A stretch of 20,596 nt of DNA, from positions 1-20,596 of the forward strand of contig JBEBGD010000097.1 of assembly GCA_040081625.1 (NCBI GenBank). Direction: 5' to 3'. Below are positions 1-9,462 of the stretch, one piece after another; positions within the stretch are counted from its first letter, which is position 1; every line of letters starts with the position of its first letter. The notes beneath the pieces are model-generated. The model was given only the letters and a program-made list of their open reading frames with translations. It was not told the origin of the DNA and ran no database searches. Both the position numbers and the translations under genes were made by a program. This stretch comes from Chthoniobacteraceae bacterium (GTDB taxonomy: Bacteria > Verrucomicrobiota > Verrucomicrobiia > Chthoniobacterales > Chthoniobacteraceae).

Positions 1-117
1 CCCCGGACGGGGTGCGAGGAGACGTGCGCTTCCGGCACCCCGTCCGGGGTGCATCGAATGCGATGCAGGATCCGGGGGTGTTACCCCCGGCTAATTTCCG
101 ATCAGCCCTCCGGGCTG
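1..117. repeat. REP/REPIN-like palindromic repeat, probably truncated by the window start
   Basis: Perfect 15-bp inverted repeat CCCCGGACGGGGTGC (1-15) / GCACCCCGTCCGGGG (35-49). Further hairpins at 35-52, 50-67 (TGCATCG/CGATGCA), 72-90 (CCGGGGGT/ACCCCCGG) and 103-117 (CAGCCC/GGGCTG). Lies just downstream of the hisD stop. Confidence 0.7.
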
Positions 118-150
118 CAATACAGCGTGGTGCTCCTGTTGCGATCGTCA

Positions 151-1419
<1,269 letters not shown>

Positions 1420-1473
1420 GCGACGGGAGCGCGGTATGTAGGGAGTGCGGCTCCTTTTGCAAACGCCAGTCTG

Positions 1474-1557
1474 CTTCTGCTTCTTCATCTTCATTTGCTT
1501 CTCCGGCGAACACGATCGGACGCGGAGGCGAAGCAGATGAAGATGAAGAAGCAGAAG
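1474..1557. repeat. 28-bp inverted repeat with 6-nt periodicity in the divergent hisD / lprI-like intergenic region
   Basis: Arm 1474-1501 CTTCTGCTTCTTCATCTTCATTTGCTTC against arm 1530-1557 GAAGCAGATGAAGATGAAGAAGCAGAAG: 27/28 complementary, the exception being a G-T pair. Spacer 28 nt. Confidence 0.9.
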
Positions 1558-1596
1558 GAGGCTTCTCGCCGCGCCGCAGCCGTGCATGATGCCCGG

Positions 1597-2016
1597 GTGA
1601 ACCGAACCATCCTGACCTTCGCCTTGTTCGTCTTCGCGCCGCCTGCCCGCAGCGACGACGAGAACAAGCATCCGATCGATGCAAAGGTCGCAGCCATCTT
1701 CGACAAGGCGCAGAGCACCGCGGCGATGATCGACGCCGCGGACAAGGCGCTGAAGCTATGGGACGCCGAACTGAACCGCTGCTACGGCGAGTTGAAGAAG
1801 AAGCTCAAGCCCGACGCGTTTGCGGCGCTCCAGGCTTCGCAGCGGCAGTGGCTCGTGTTTCGCGACGCGCAGCTCAAGTTCATCGGGGAGTTCTACGGGC
1901 AGTTCGACGGCACGATGTATCGGCCCATGGCGGCGCACGCTGTCATGGAAGTGACGCGCACGCGGGCGATCGAGCTTCACCGCCGGCTCGGGATTCTGCG
2001 CGAGCATGGAGGGTAA
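1597..2016 (+). CDS. Secreted lysozyme inhibitor LprI family (DUF1311) protein
   Basis: GTG start, signal peptide (VNRTILTFALFVFAPPARS), and family pattern ST.AM...WDAELNR.Y..L...L.ASQR.W..FRD...F...GTM. 139 aa. Confidence 0.85.
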   Translation: MNRTILTFALFVFAPPARSDDENKHPIDAKVAAIFDKAQSTAAMIDAADKALKLWDAELNRCYGELKKKLKPDAFAALQASQRQWLVFRDAQLKFIGEFYGQFDGTMYRPMAAHAVMEVTRTRAIELHRRLGILREHGG

Positions 2017-2024
2017 GCCGCCAC

Positions 2025-2053
2025 TTGACAGTGCGCCCGCCGTGCTAAGCATT
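2025..2053 (+). promoter_or_regulatory. Putative sigma70 promoter for the kamA-like gene
   Basis: Perfect TTGACA at 2025-2030 and a weaker -10 region (TGCTAAGCATT, 2043-2053). Confidence 0.55.
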
Positions 2054-2148
2054 GCGGCACCTTGAATCCGACCGACCGCTCGCCCGAGCCCGCCGCCACG
2101 CCTTCGCGTCCGCGCTGATCGTCCGCTTCCCACACCGCATCCCCAACC

Positions 2149-3516
2149 ATGCACTCGTTATCCACTCTCGATCCCGCCCACGTCGATCCACCGGCGACCG
2201 CCGATTCCCTGGGAGCATCGCTCGCGCACCGTGACCTGCGCGAAGGCGATTACTGGCGGGCCATTCCGGCCTACGGCCAGACGACCGCTGCGGAGTTTGG
2301 AGATCATCGGTGGCAGCAGCGGCACTCGGTCACCACCGTCCGTCAGCTTCGCGACACGCTCGGGCCGCTCGTGCCGGAAGCTTTTTACGAAGACCTCGAG
2401 GCCGGCATCGCCGCGGCACCGATGGCGCTGCGAATCTCGCCGCATCTGCTCGCGCTGATCGACTGGAGCGAGCCGCTCGCCGATCCCATCCGCACGCAAT
2501 TTCTCCCGCTGCACTCGCAGCAGGTGGCGGATCACCCGATGCTCCAGTTCGATTCGCTGCACGAGCAGGAAGACTCGCCGGTGCCCGGGCTCACGCACCG
2601 CTACCGCGACAAGGCGCTCTTTCTGCCGCAGGACTCGTGTCCGGTGTATTGCCGCTTTTGCACGCGCAGCTACGCGGTCGGCCACGACACGCCCGAGGTC
2701 TCGAAGCTCAAGCTCACCGCGAACCTCGCGCGCTGGGAACAGGCGTTCGCTTACATCGCCTCGCAGCCGCAGCTCGAAGACATCGTCATCTCCGGCGGCG
2801 ACAGCTACAACTTGAAGGCCGATCACCTCGAGTTGATCGGGCGCCGCCTGCTCGAGATGCCGAACATCCGCCGCATCCGTTACGCGACCAAGGGGCTCGC
2901 CGTGCTCCCGCAGAAGATCCTCACCGACCACGCGTGGACCGATGCGCTCACGCGAGTCGTCGAGCTTGGCCGCGAGCGGCACAAGGACGTGGTCGTCCAC
3001 ACCCACTTCAATCACCCGAACGAGATCGTCGGTTGGACTGCGCAGGCGATGGATCGGCTCGTCGAGCGCGGCATCCACGTGCGCAACCAGACCGTCCTCC
3101 AGCGCACCGTGAACGACACGCCGGCGACGATGCAGCTCCTCGTCAAGCGCCTGAGCCATGTGAACGTGCATCCGTATTACGTCTATACGCACGACATGGT
3201 GCCCGGAGTCGAAGACCTGCGCACGCCGCTCGCGACGGCGATGCTGCTGGAGAAGCACGTGCGCGGCGTGACGGCTGGTTTCAACACGCCGCAATTTGTG
3301 ACCGACACGATGGGCGGCGGCGGCAAGCGCGACGTTCACAGCTTCGAGCACTACGACCGCGCGAGTGGCATCGCCACCTTCACCAGCCCCGAGGTGAAGC
3401 CGCGCAAGAAGTTCCTCTACTTCGACCCGATCGCCTCGCTCGACGATCAGCAACGCTGGCGCTGGACGCAGCCGGGCGAGCGGCGGGCGATGATCGACGC
3501 GGCGCTGGGGGTGTGA
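2149..3516 (+). CDS. KamA-family radical SAM / PLP aminomutase (lysine 2,3-aminomutase-like; substrate uncertain)
   Basis: DPIRTQFLP, E..DSPVPGLTHRY.DK.LF, CPVYCRFCTR (CxxxCxxC), ISGGD, HTHFNHPNEI, NQTVL..VND, PYY, and GGGGK with the PLP lysine. Confidence 0.92.
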   Translation: MHSLSTLDPAHVDPPATADSLGASLAHRDLREGDYWRAIPAYGQTTAAEFGDHRWQQRHSVTTVRQLRDTLGPLVPEAFYEDLEAGIAAAPMALRISPHLLALIDWSEPLADPIRTQFLPLHSQQVADHPMLQFDSLHEQEDSPVPGLTHRYRDKALFLPQDSCPVYCRFCTRSYAVGHDTPEVSKLKLTANLARWEQAFAYIASQPQLEDIVISGGDSYNLKADHLELIGRRLLEMPNIRRIRYATKGLAVLPQKILTDHAWTDALTRVVELGRERHKDVVVHTHFNHPNEIVGWTAQAMDRLVERGIHVRNQTVLQRTVNDTPATMQLLVKRLSHVNVHPYYVYTHDMVPGVEDLRTPLATAMLLEKHVRGVTAGFNTPQFVTDTMGGGGKRDVHSFEHYDRASGIATFTSPEVKPRKKFLYFDPIASLDDQQRWRWTQPGERRAMIDAALGV

Positions 3517-3548
3517 GGTTCGTCAACGCAGCGAAACTACGGAACGGA

Positions 3549-3782
3549 TTACCCGTCCGTCGAACGCTTCATCCAAAGGAACAGCTCCTCGACTTTGTGG
3601 CGTGCCCACGGGGTCTTGCGCAGGAACTTCAGGCTCGATGGGATGCTCGGGTCGAGGTTGAAGCAGCGGATGTCGATCATGCGGCCGAGTTCATGCCAGC
3701 CGAAGTGATTGACGAGTTGCGTGAGCATCGCCTCGAGCGTGATGCCGTGGAGTGGGTCGCGCGGGTGCGGTCGGTCGGCCAC
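3549..3782 (-). CDS. VF530 / DUF2132 family small putative DNA-binding protein
   Basis: 77 aa, [19 protein letters not shown]...[26 protein letters not shown] matches the family signature. The GTG start overlaps the TAG stop of the ATPase gene (TAGTG). Confidence 0.9.
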   Translation of the reverse strand: MADRPHPRDPLHGITLEAMLTQLVNHFGWHELGRMIDIRCFNLDPSIPSSLKFLRKTPWARHKVEELFLWMKRSTDG

Positions 3783-5467
3783 TAGATCACCGTGCCGGAA
3801 TTTGTCCGCTCGCGGGCCGATTCGCCGGGGCGGACGGGCGCGACCTTCACCACGTTTTCCGAGTCGTAGTCGAGCAGGTGCAGCCAGTCCTCGGTGATGT
3901 CGCTCGGCGGGAAGATGTCGTTGTTCGCGTATTCGTCGTCGAAGGCCAGCCGCAGGTCGCCCTCGGTGATGCCTTCGACGTTGTCGGTGCCGATGCTGGC
4001 GATGGCGCGCTTGATGGCGGTGCCTTTCGCGCGCTCGACGATCGATTGGAGGATCGCGCCGCTGATCAGGTCGCCACGGAAGAGCGTTTCCTTTTTGCCG
4101 CTGCGCAGGGAGATGGAGAGGAATTTGTTCTCCTCGCGCCGGGAGAAGATCGTGTCGATGAGGCCGTCGGCGAGCTTGTCCACGGCGGCCTGCACGCTGC
4201 CGGCTTCGCGCACGAGCGTGGGATCGTAGGGCAGATCGGCGGTGAGATAGATGCTGATAATCTCCCGTGCGCCGGTTTTGTCGGGCCGCGTGACTTTGAT
4301 TTTCCGGTCGATCCGACCGGGCCGCAGGATCGCTGGGTCGATGAGGTCGGCGCGATTCGAAGCGAGGATGATGACGACTTCGTGCAGCGACTCGATGCCG
4401 TCCATCTCGGTGCAAAACATCGGCACGAGCGTGGAGAGGATGTTCGAGAAGCGCGAGGCGCGGCGGGTGCCGAGGATGCTCTCGGCTTCGTCGATGAAGA
4501 GGAAGGGGAGGAAGCCCTCGCGACGCTTTTCGCGCGCGGTGGCAAAGATCTCGCGCACCATGCGCTCGCTCTCGCCGACCCACATGTTGAGGATTTCCGG
4601 CCCCTTGATGTGCATGAAATACTCGCGCATTTCCTCGCCGGTCTGAGCCTTGAGTTGCTGGGTGAGATTGTAGGCGCACGCCTTGCCGATGAGCGTTTTG
4701 CCGCAGCCGGGCGGGCCGTAGAGGAGGAAGCCCTTCGGGGTCTGGTGCTGGAAGCGGCGAAATAAATCCGGGTGCATCAACGGCAGCTCGATGGCGTCGC
4801 GGATGGCGGCGAGTGCGGGCTGCTGGCCGCCGACTTTTTCCCACGGCAAATCCGGCACTTCGTCGAGAAAGTATTCGTCGCGATGCGGCCGCGCGAGCGC
4901 CTCGATGGCGATGCGGTAGCTCGGGTCGGTGCGCACTTCGTCGCCGACCTTGAGCTTTTCCTTGAGCAAGAGATCCCCGCGCTGGAGCACGAGCGATTGC
5001 GCACCGTGCTCGGTGCCGACGCGGAGGCGGTCGGGGCCGAGGACTTCGTTGATCTTCACGACGGGACCGGATTTGTCGAAGCCGAGGTCGCCGACGATGA
5101 CGTAGGCTTCGTTCACCAGGACGCGCGTGCCGCGGCGCAGGCCGCGCAGCTCGACGCGCGGATCGACGTTGCAGAGGTAATCGGAACCGCCCACCACGAT
5201 GAGCGCGCTTTCCGCGCTCTGCGCGGCCAGGAAGGTGCCGATGCGGTTGGCCGGCGAGCTGAGCTTTTTGACGACCGCGTCGAGCTTCTCGATCGTCTGG
5301 CGCGCCTCGATCGTCATTTCCTCAAGATCGCCGACTTCGAGGCGAAGGTCGAGCAGTTCACCGCGGACGGGATCGCCGGGCGGCAGCGATGCGATGAGAC
5401 GATCAATCTTCTCGACGAGCGAGAGCTGCTCGTCGCCGGGTTCATCGAAGTGGAGAGAGTCTTCCAT
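3782..5467 (-). CDS. arc: ARC/Mpa-type proteasome-associated AAA+ ATPase
   Basis: N-terminal coiled coil, then L.SP.N.IGTFL and tandem OB-like region. Walker [24 protein letters not shown], Walker [31 protein letters not shown], and ARC-type C-terminal segments (ETLF..D.ISGA....IV.RAK, EY..N..FP). ATG at 5467, 561 aa. Confidence 0.88.
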   Translation of the reverse strand: MEDSLHFDEPGDEQLSLVEKIDRLIASLPPGDPVRGELLDLRLEVGDLEEMTIEARQTIEKLDAVVKKLSSPANRIGTFLAAQSAESALIVVGGSDYLCNVDPRVELRGLRRGTRVLVNEAYVIVGDLGFDKSGPVVKINEVLGPDRLRVGTEHGAQSLVLQRGDLLLKEKLKVGDEVRTDPSYRIAIEALARPHRDEYFLDEVPDLPWEKVGGQQPALAAIRDAIELPLMHPDLFRRFQHQTPKGFLLYGPPGCGKTLIGKACAYNLTQQLKAQTGEEMREYFMHIKGPEILNMWVGESERMVREIFATAREKRREGFLPFLFIDEAESILGTRRASRFSNILSTLVPMFCTEMDGIESLHEVVIILASNRADLIDPAILRPGRIDRKIKVTRPDKTGAREIISIYLTADLPYDPTLVREAGSVQAAVDKLADGLIDTIFSRREENKFLSISLRSGKKETLFRGDLISGAILQSIVERAKGTAIKRAIASIGTDNVEGITEGDLRLAFDDEYANNDIFPPSDITEDWLHLLDYDSENVVKVAPVRPGESARERTNSGTVI

Positions 5468-5482
5468 CGGCGAGTTTAGCGG

Positions 5483-5511
5483 AGCATACCGCTGGCCAGC
5501 GCGTCCCGCAA
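5483..5511 (-). promoter_or_regulatory. Putative sigma70 promoter of arc
   Basis: Minus strand TTGCGG (5511-5506), 17-nt spacer, TATGCT (5488-5483), ending 15 nt before the ATG. Confidence 0.55.
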
Positions 5512-5616
5512 CCTTACCTCGCAACTTTGCCCGCGGATCCAGCACGCAGGCTCGTCCGCGTGCGGCGGTATGCGCGGGAGGGCAAAAATTCCTGCGGCAG
5601 CGTCGGCTTTCGCCGC

Positions 5617-5622
5617 TAAAAT
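5617..5622 (+). promoter_or_regulatory. Putative -10 element for a leaderless GH25 transcript
   Basis: TAAAAT 7 nt upstream of the GTG at 5630, with no Shine-Dalgarno. Confidence 0.5.
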
Positions 5623-5629
5623 CCGCGCC

Positions 5630-6391
5630 GTGAAATCCCGCATCCATTGCCTGCTTGGACTCCTGCCGCTCTTGCTCTCGCCCGCTCGCGCCGAGAACGC
5701 TGTCGTCAATCTCTCCCACTACGACGAGATGCGCCCTGACTTCGCGAGGATGTCGGGGGAGGGGATCCTCGCGGTGATCCACGAGGCGACGTATCCGAAG
5801 TTCGTGCGCGACGCGCGATATGCCGAACGGCAGACTGCCGCCGCGCGGGCTGGGTTGCTGTGGGGGGCGTATCATTTCGCGGACGCGACCGATCCCGAGC
5901 GGCAGGCGGATTATTTCATTTCAGTCGTCGGTGGACACTGGCGGCAGTCAGCGCAGCGCCCGCCGGGTGTGCTGATGGTGCTCGATTTCGAGCTGAATAA
6001 TCACTACCCCGGCGGCACGATGACGCCCGTGCAGGCGGCGAAATTCGTCGAGCGAATCCGCGAGCGCACCGGCCGCTACCCCGGCGTGTATGCGAGCGAA
6101 TACCGGATCAAGGCGATGCTTTCAGGCTCGTCGACGACCGCTGCGGTGCAGCGCACCCTGTCCAACTGCTGGCTGTGGATCGCGAACTACCATCACACGC
6201 CCGCCTCGACTCATCCGTGGCAGCGCTGGATGCTCTGGCAATACACCGGCGACGGCATTTGCGACCTGCCTCGCTCGAAGTATCCGATCAACATCGCGAA
6301 CATACGCAAGGCCGAGCGGAATCTGTTCAGCGGCAGTCGAAGCGGGTTGCGCTCGTTCTGGTCGGCGAACGCCTGGGTGCCGAAATCCTAG
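5630..6391 (+). CDS. Glycoside hydrolase family 25 (lysozyme/muramidase-like), secreted, divergent
   Basis: Signal peptide ending ARA, then NLSHY, GL.WGAYHF, QADYF, LVLDFE (DxE), G.YPG.Y, LWIANY, W..W.LWQYT. 253 aa from GTG 5630. Confidence 0.88.
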   Translation: MKSRIHCLLGLLPLLLSPARAENAVVNLSHYDEMRPDFARMSGEGILAVIHEATYPKFVRDARYAERQTAAARAGLLWGAYHFADATDPERQADYFISVVGGHWRQSAQRPPGVLMVLDFELNNHYPGGTMTPVQAAKFVERIRERTGRYPGVYASEYRIKAMLSGSSTTAAVQRTLSNCWLWIANYHHTPASTHPWQRWMLWQYTGDGICDLPRSKYPINIANIRKAERNLFSGSRSGLRSFWSANAWVPKS

Positions 6392-6393
6392 CG

Positions 6394-6960
6394 TTACTTT
6401 TTGCCAGCGCTCTTCGCGAGCGCCGCGGCGTCGTCGGCGAAGGTCTTCACGGTTGCCGTCCACTTTTCGACGATGGCCTTTAGTTCCGCGTGCTGGACGC
6501 TCTTTGCCCCGGACTCGAAGACCTTGAGCAGACTCTTCGCTTCCTTTTCGGCGAGCTCCGCCAATTCCTTCTCGAACTTGTCCACCTTGAGTTTGCCAAG
6601 GCCGGCGACCTTTGTCTTGTCGGAGCCCTTGAGTTGATTGGGCAGGGTTTCGCCGTGGTTCGTGGCGACTGTCGCGATTTCGCCCCAGATCTTTCCGCCG
6701 TCGCCGCCCATCGCGCGGGCGAGCTTCTTGAGGTTGTCGGACACCGGATTATCCCGCTCGAAGCCGCGCTCCTTTTCCGCGAGCTGGGTGAGAAAATAAA
6801 CGCCCTCGAGCGAGTTTTTCACGAAGGTCTTGTCGGAACTCGCGAGCGGCTTCGGCTTCCCTGCAGGAGTGGCGGGAGCGGGCGTGGCGGGGGTGGCTTG
6901 CGCGAGCAGGAGCGACGGCGTGGCGAGAAGGACGGCGGCGAGAAGGATCGGAAGTTTCAT
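6394..6960 (-). CDS. Secreted helical protein, DUF4142-like
   Basis: Signal peptide, Pro/Ala/Thr linker, then L.SSDK.FV and a helical pattern (K.LA..M, LP..L...DK..V..L.KL....F.K, EL.A...K) resembling DUF4142. 188 aa, Lys-rich. Confidence 0.65.
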   Translation of the reverse strand: MKLPILLAAVLLATPSLLLAQATPATPAPATPAGKPKPLASSDKTFVKNSLEGVYFLTQLAEKERGFERDNPVSDNLKKLARAMGGDGGKIWGEIATVATNHGETLPNQLKGSDKTKVAGLGKLKVDKFEKELAELAEKEAKSLLKVFESGAKSVQHAELKAIVEKWTATVKTFADDAAALAKSAGKK

Positions 6961-7112
6961 AAGGAGTGCGCCTTTTCACCACATTGCTCGTGCGGACGCA
7001 AGTGGCGAGATGCCGCCCCGTCGCGAGCGGTGTCGCCAGGCGCGACCGGCTCTGGCTGGACGCAATCCGGCACGGGGAAATCTCCAGCTCAATATTGCGA
7101 GCGCTTGGCACG

Positions 7113-7128
7113 AGGCACATCCGCTGCT
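7113..7128 (+). promoter_or_regulatory. Possible sigma54 (-24/-12) promoter for the yfiR-kinase operon
   Basis: AGGCAC-ATCCG-CTGCT has exact GG-N10-GC spacing and ends 33 nt before the ATG at 7162. Confidence 0.3.
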
Positions 7129-7161
7129 CCATGTCCGGGCTCCTATTTTGACCACGGACGA

Positions 7162-7830
7162 ATGAGTCTGTTTCCGATCCTCCATCTCGTCCGCCCCCTG
7201 CTCGCCGCATGCCGGCTACAGTGGCGCGGACGCTGCGGCGCGCTTTGGCGCGTCAGGGGCTGGCTCGTCGGATGGATGCTCGTTCTTGCGACCTCGGCGT
7301 CATCTTTGGCGATCGAGCCGGTCGAGGGGAATGCCGAGTTTCAGCAGAAGGCGCGGTTGATCTGCAATTTCCTGCGCAACTGCAAGTGGCCCGATCGGCG
7401 GTTCCCGGCTCCGGATTCGCCATTCATCATCGGCATCTACGGCAGCGACCAGATCAGCGAGTTCTTGCGCGAGAACATCCAGGATCGGCTCGTGCAGGGG
7501 CGACCGGTGCAAATCCGACGCATCTCGCAGAAGCAGGAACTGTCGGTCTGCCATCTCGTCTTTGTGAGCCGCTCGGAGCGCGAACGGCTCAAGCTGATCA
7601 TCTCGGAGACCCGGCGGGAGAATGTGCTGACCGTGGGGGAAACGGAAAACTTCCTCGCCAGCGGTGGCGTGATCCAATTCACCGGCAACGGCGCCCAGGT
7701 CCGCTATCAGGTCAGCCTCGAGGCGGCACGGCGCGAGCGGATAGAGCCGAACGGCTTTGTCCTGCGCATGGCCCTGCCTCAATCGGCTGCGCGACGACCG
7801 GAAGTCCGACGCATTGTCGGGACCCCCTGA
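7162..7830 (+). CDS. YfiR family (DUF4154) periplasmic protein
   Basis: EFQQKA.LI.NF....KWP, PF.IGIYG, V.GRP..IR, CHLVFVS.SE, VLTV.E...F...GG.I.F, Y.V.L.AA. The start is uncertain (ATG 7162 or later). Confidence 0.87.
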   Translation: MSLFPILHLVRPLLAACRLQWRGRCGALWRVRGWLVGWMLVLATSASSLAIEPVEGNAEFQQKARLICNFLRNCKWPDRRFPAPDSPFIIGIYGSDQISEFLRENIQDRLVQGRPVQIRRISQKQELSVCHLVFVSRSERERLKLIISETRRENVLTVGETENFLASGGVIQFTGNGAQVRYQVSLEAARRERIEPNGFVLRMALPQSAARRPEVRRIVGTP

Positions 7831-7833
7831 GCC

Positions 7834-9462
7834 ATGTTCGCGCTGCGCAATATTCCCATTCAACGCAAGCTGCGCTTGGTCATCCTCGTCACTTGCACGA
7901 CGGCGCTGTGCGTGGCGTCGAGCGCGCTCTTTGCGCTCCAGTATTTCTTATTCAAGCGCGACCTCAGGCACGATCTCGCCTCGGCGGCGCAAATCGTCAG
8001 CGGCTTGAGCGCGCCGACGATCGCGCTCGGCGCGCCGGAGACGACGCAGGATTTCCTCGACGCGCTCGCCGCGAAACCACACATCACGGGCGCCTTCGTC
8101 CGCACGAGCGATGGCAGTGTCGCCTCGGCATACGGACGGAAATGGGAGCACGCCGACGATCCGCGCCAGCTCGGCGACGGCTTCCACAACGTCGCCGGCG
8201 AATTCATCTACGTGCATCCGATCCTCAACGACGGCGAACGCGTCGGCACGCTCGTCCTGCTCTCCGACTACAACGCGGCGTCGATTCGCCTGCACGCTCT
8301 CTACGCCGGCATCCTCGCCGCGGTCCTCGCGGTGTCGGTGCTTGTGGCGGTGATCGTCTCGTCGCGGCTCGAGCGGCTCATCTGCGGGCCGATGCAGGCG
8401 CTCGCCGAGACCGCGCACCGGATCGCTTCGCGCAGCGACTACTCGCTTCGCGCGAAAAAGGAAGCCGCCGACGAAGTGGGCGACTTCACCGACAGCTTCA
8501 ACTCGATGCTCGAGCAGATCGAGAAGCGCGACGTGGCGCTCAACCACGAGATCGTCGAGCGCACACGCGCCGAGGGCGAGGTCCAGCGCGTTCACCGCCA
8601 GCTCATGGATGCCTCGCGACTCGCGGGCATGGCCGAGGTCGCGACCGGCGTGCTGCACAACGTCGGCAATGTGCTCAACAGCGTGAACGTCTCGGCCACG
8701 CTCATCGCCGAACGGCTCGGCTGCGCGCGGGTGGAAAAGCTCGTCCGCGCCGTGCAGCTTCTGCGCGAGCAAAACGGGACGTTGGCCCGGTTCCTCGCCG
8801 AGGATCCGAAAGGCCGCGTCCTGCCCGCCTACCTCGTGGAAGCCACGGAGCAGCTCGCGAGCGATCGTGCGTCCGCGCTCGCGGAGATCGACCTGCTGGT
8901 CCGCAACATCGAGCACATCAAGGACATCGTCGCCATGCAGCAGAACTACGCGCGCGTTTCCGGGATGATCGAGACGCTCGACGCACGCGGGTTGATCGAG
9001 GACGCCATCCGCATGAACCTCGGCGCCTTCGAGCGGCACCGCGTCACCCTCGAACGCGACTACGCGGAGGTCGCGCAGATTTCCGCCGACAAACACAAGG
9101 TCCTCCAGATCCTCGTGAACCTCATCCGCAACGCGAAATATGCCATCGACGAAGGCGGCACCGGGGAGCGGAAAATCACCACGCGCCTGCGGATGTGCGA
9201 CGAAAACATCGTCGCCATCGAGGTGATCGATACGGGCATCGGCATCCCCGCGGAGAACCTCACGCGCATATTCGCCCACGGCTTCACGACTCGCGAAGAG
9301 GGCCACGGCTTCGGCCTGCACAGCGCCGCGCTCGCCGCGCAGCAAATGGGCGGCTCCCTGCGCGTCGCCAGCGAAGGCCCCGGCCATGGCGCCACATTCA
9401 CGCTCGAATTGCCCGTCGTCGCCCCGGCGCGCGAGCCAGTCGCTCCGACTTTACCCGCATGA
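7834..9462 (+). CDS. Membrane sensor histidine kinase (2 TM, periplasmic sensor, HAMP, HisKA, HATPase_c)
   Basis: Two TM segments, HAMP (P...L...A..I....DYS.R.....DEVG.....FN.ML), H-box AGMAEVATGVLHNVGN, N-box QILVNLIRNA, G1 D.G.GI, F-box IF..GFTT, G2 GHGFGL. Confidence 0.95.
   Translation: MFALRNIPIQRKLRLVILVTCTTALCVASSALFALQYFLFKRDLRHDLASAAQIVSGLSAPTIALGAPETTQDFLDALAAKPHITGAFVRTSDGSVASAYGRKWEHADDPRQLGDGFHNVAGEFIYVHPILNDGERVGTLVLLSDYNAASIRLHALYAGILAAVLAVSVLVAVIVSSRLERLICGPMQALAETAHRIASRSDYSLRAKKEAADEVGDFTDSFNSMLEQIEKRDVALNHEIVERTRAEGEVQRVHRQLMDASRLAGMAEVATGVLHNVGNVLNSVNVSATLIAERLGCARVEKLVRAVQLLREQNGTLARFLAEDPKGRVLPAYLVEATEQLASDRASALAEIDLLVRNIEHIKDIVAMQQNYARVSGMIETLDARGLIEDAIRMNLGAFERHRVTLERDYAEVAQISADKHKVLQILVNLIRNAKYAIDEGGTGERKITTRLRMCDENIVAIEVIDTGIGIPAENLTRIFAHGFTTREEGHGFGLHSAALAAQQMGGSLRVASEGPGHGATFTLELPVVAPAREPVAPTLPA

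Noticed and set aside
1420..1671. N-terminal extensions of hisD (LLLLLHLHLL / KQMKMKKQKQ) and of the LprI ORF from 922; possible His leader peptide
   Set aside because: These are translations of the hexamer inverted repeat. There is no run of His codons in a short ORF and no attenuator layout.
5525..5587. Imperfect inverted repeat TTTGCCC...GGGCAAA between arc and GH25
   Set aside because: Only 7 bp perfect across a long spacer in GC-rich DNA; not enough support.
7209..9458. N-terminal 750 aa of the 1425-aa ORF, suggesting a giant kinase
   Set aside because: Arg/Ala-rich off-frame read-through overlapping yfiR and kinase 1. The recognisable protein starts at ATG 9459.
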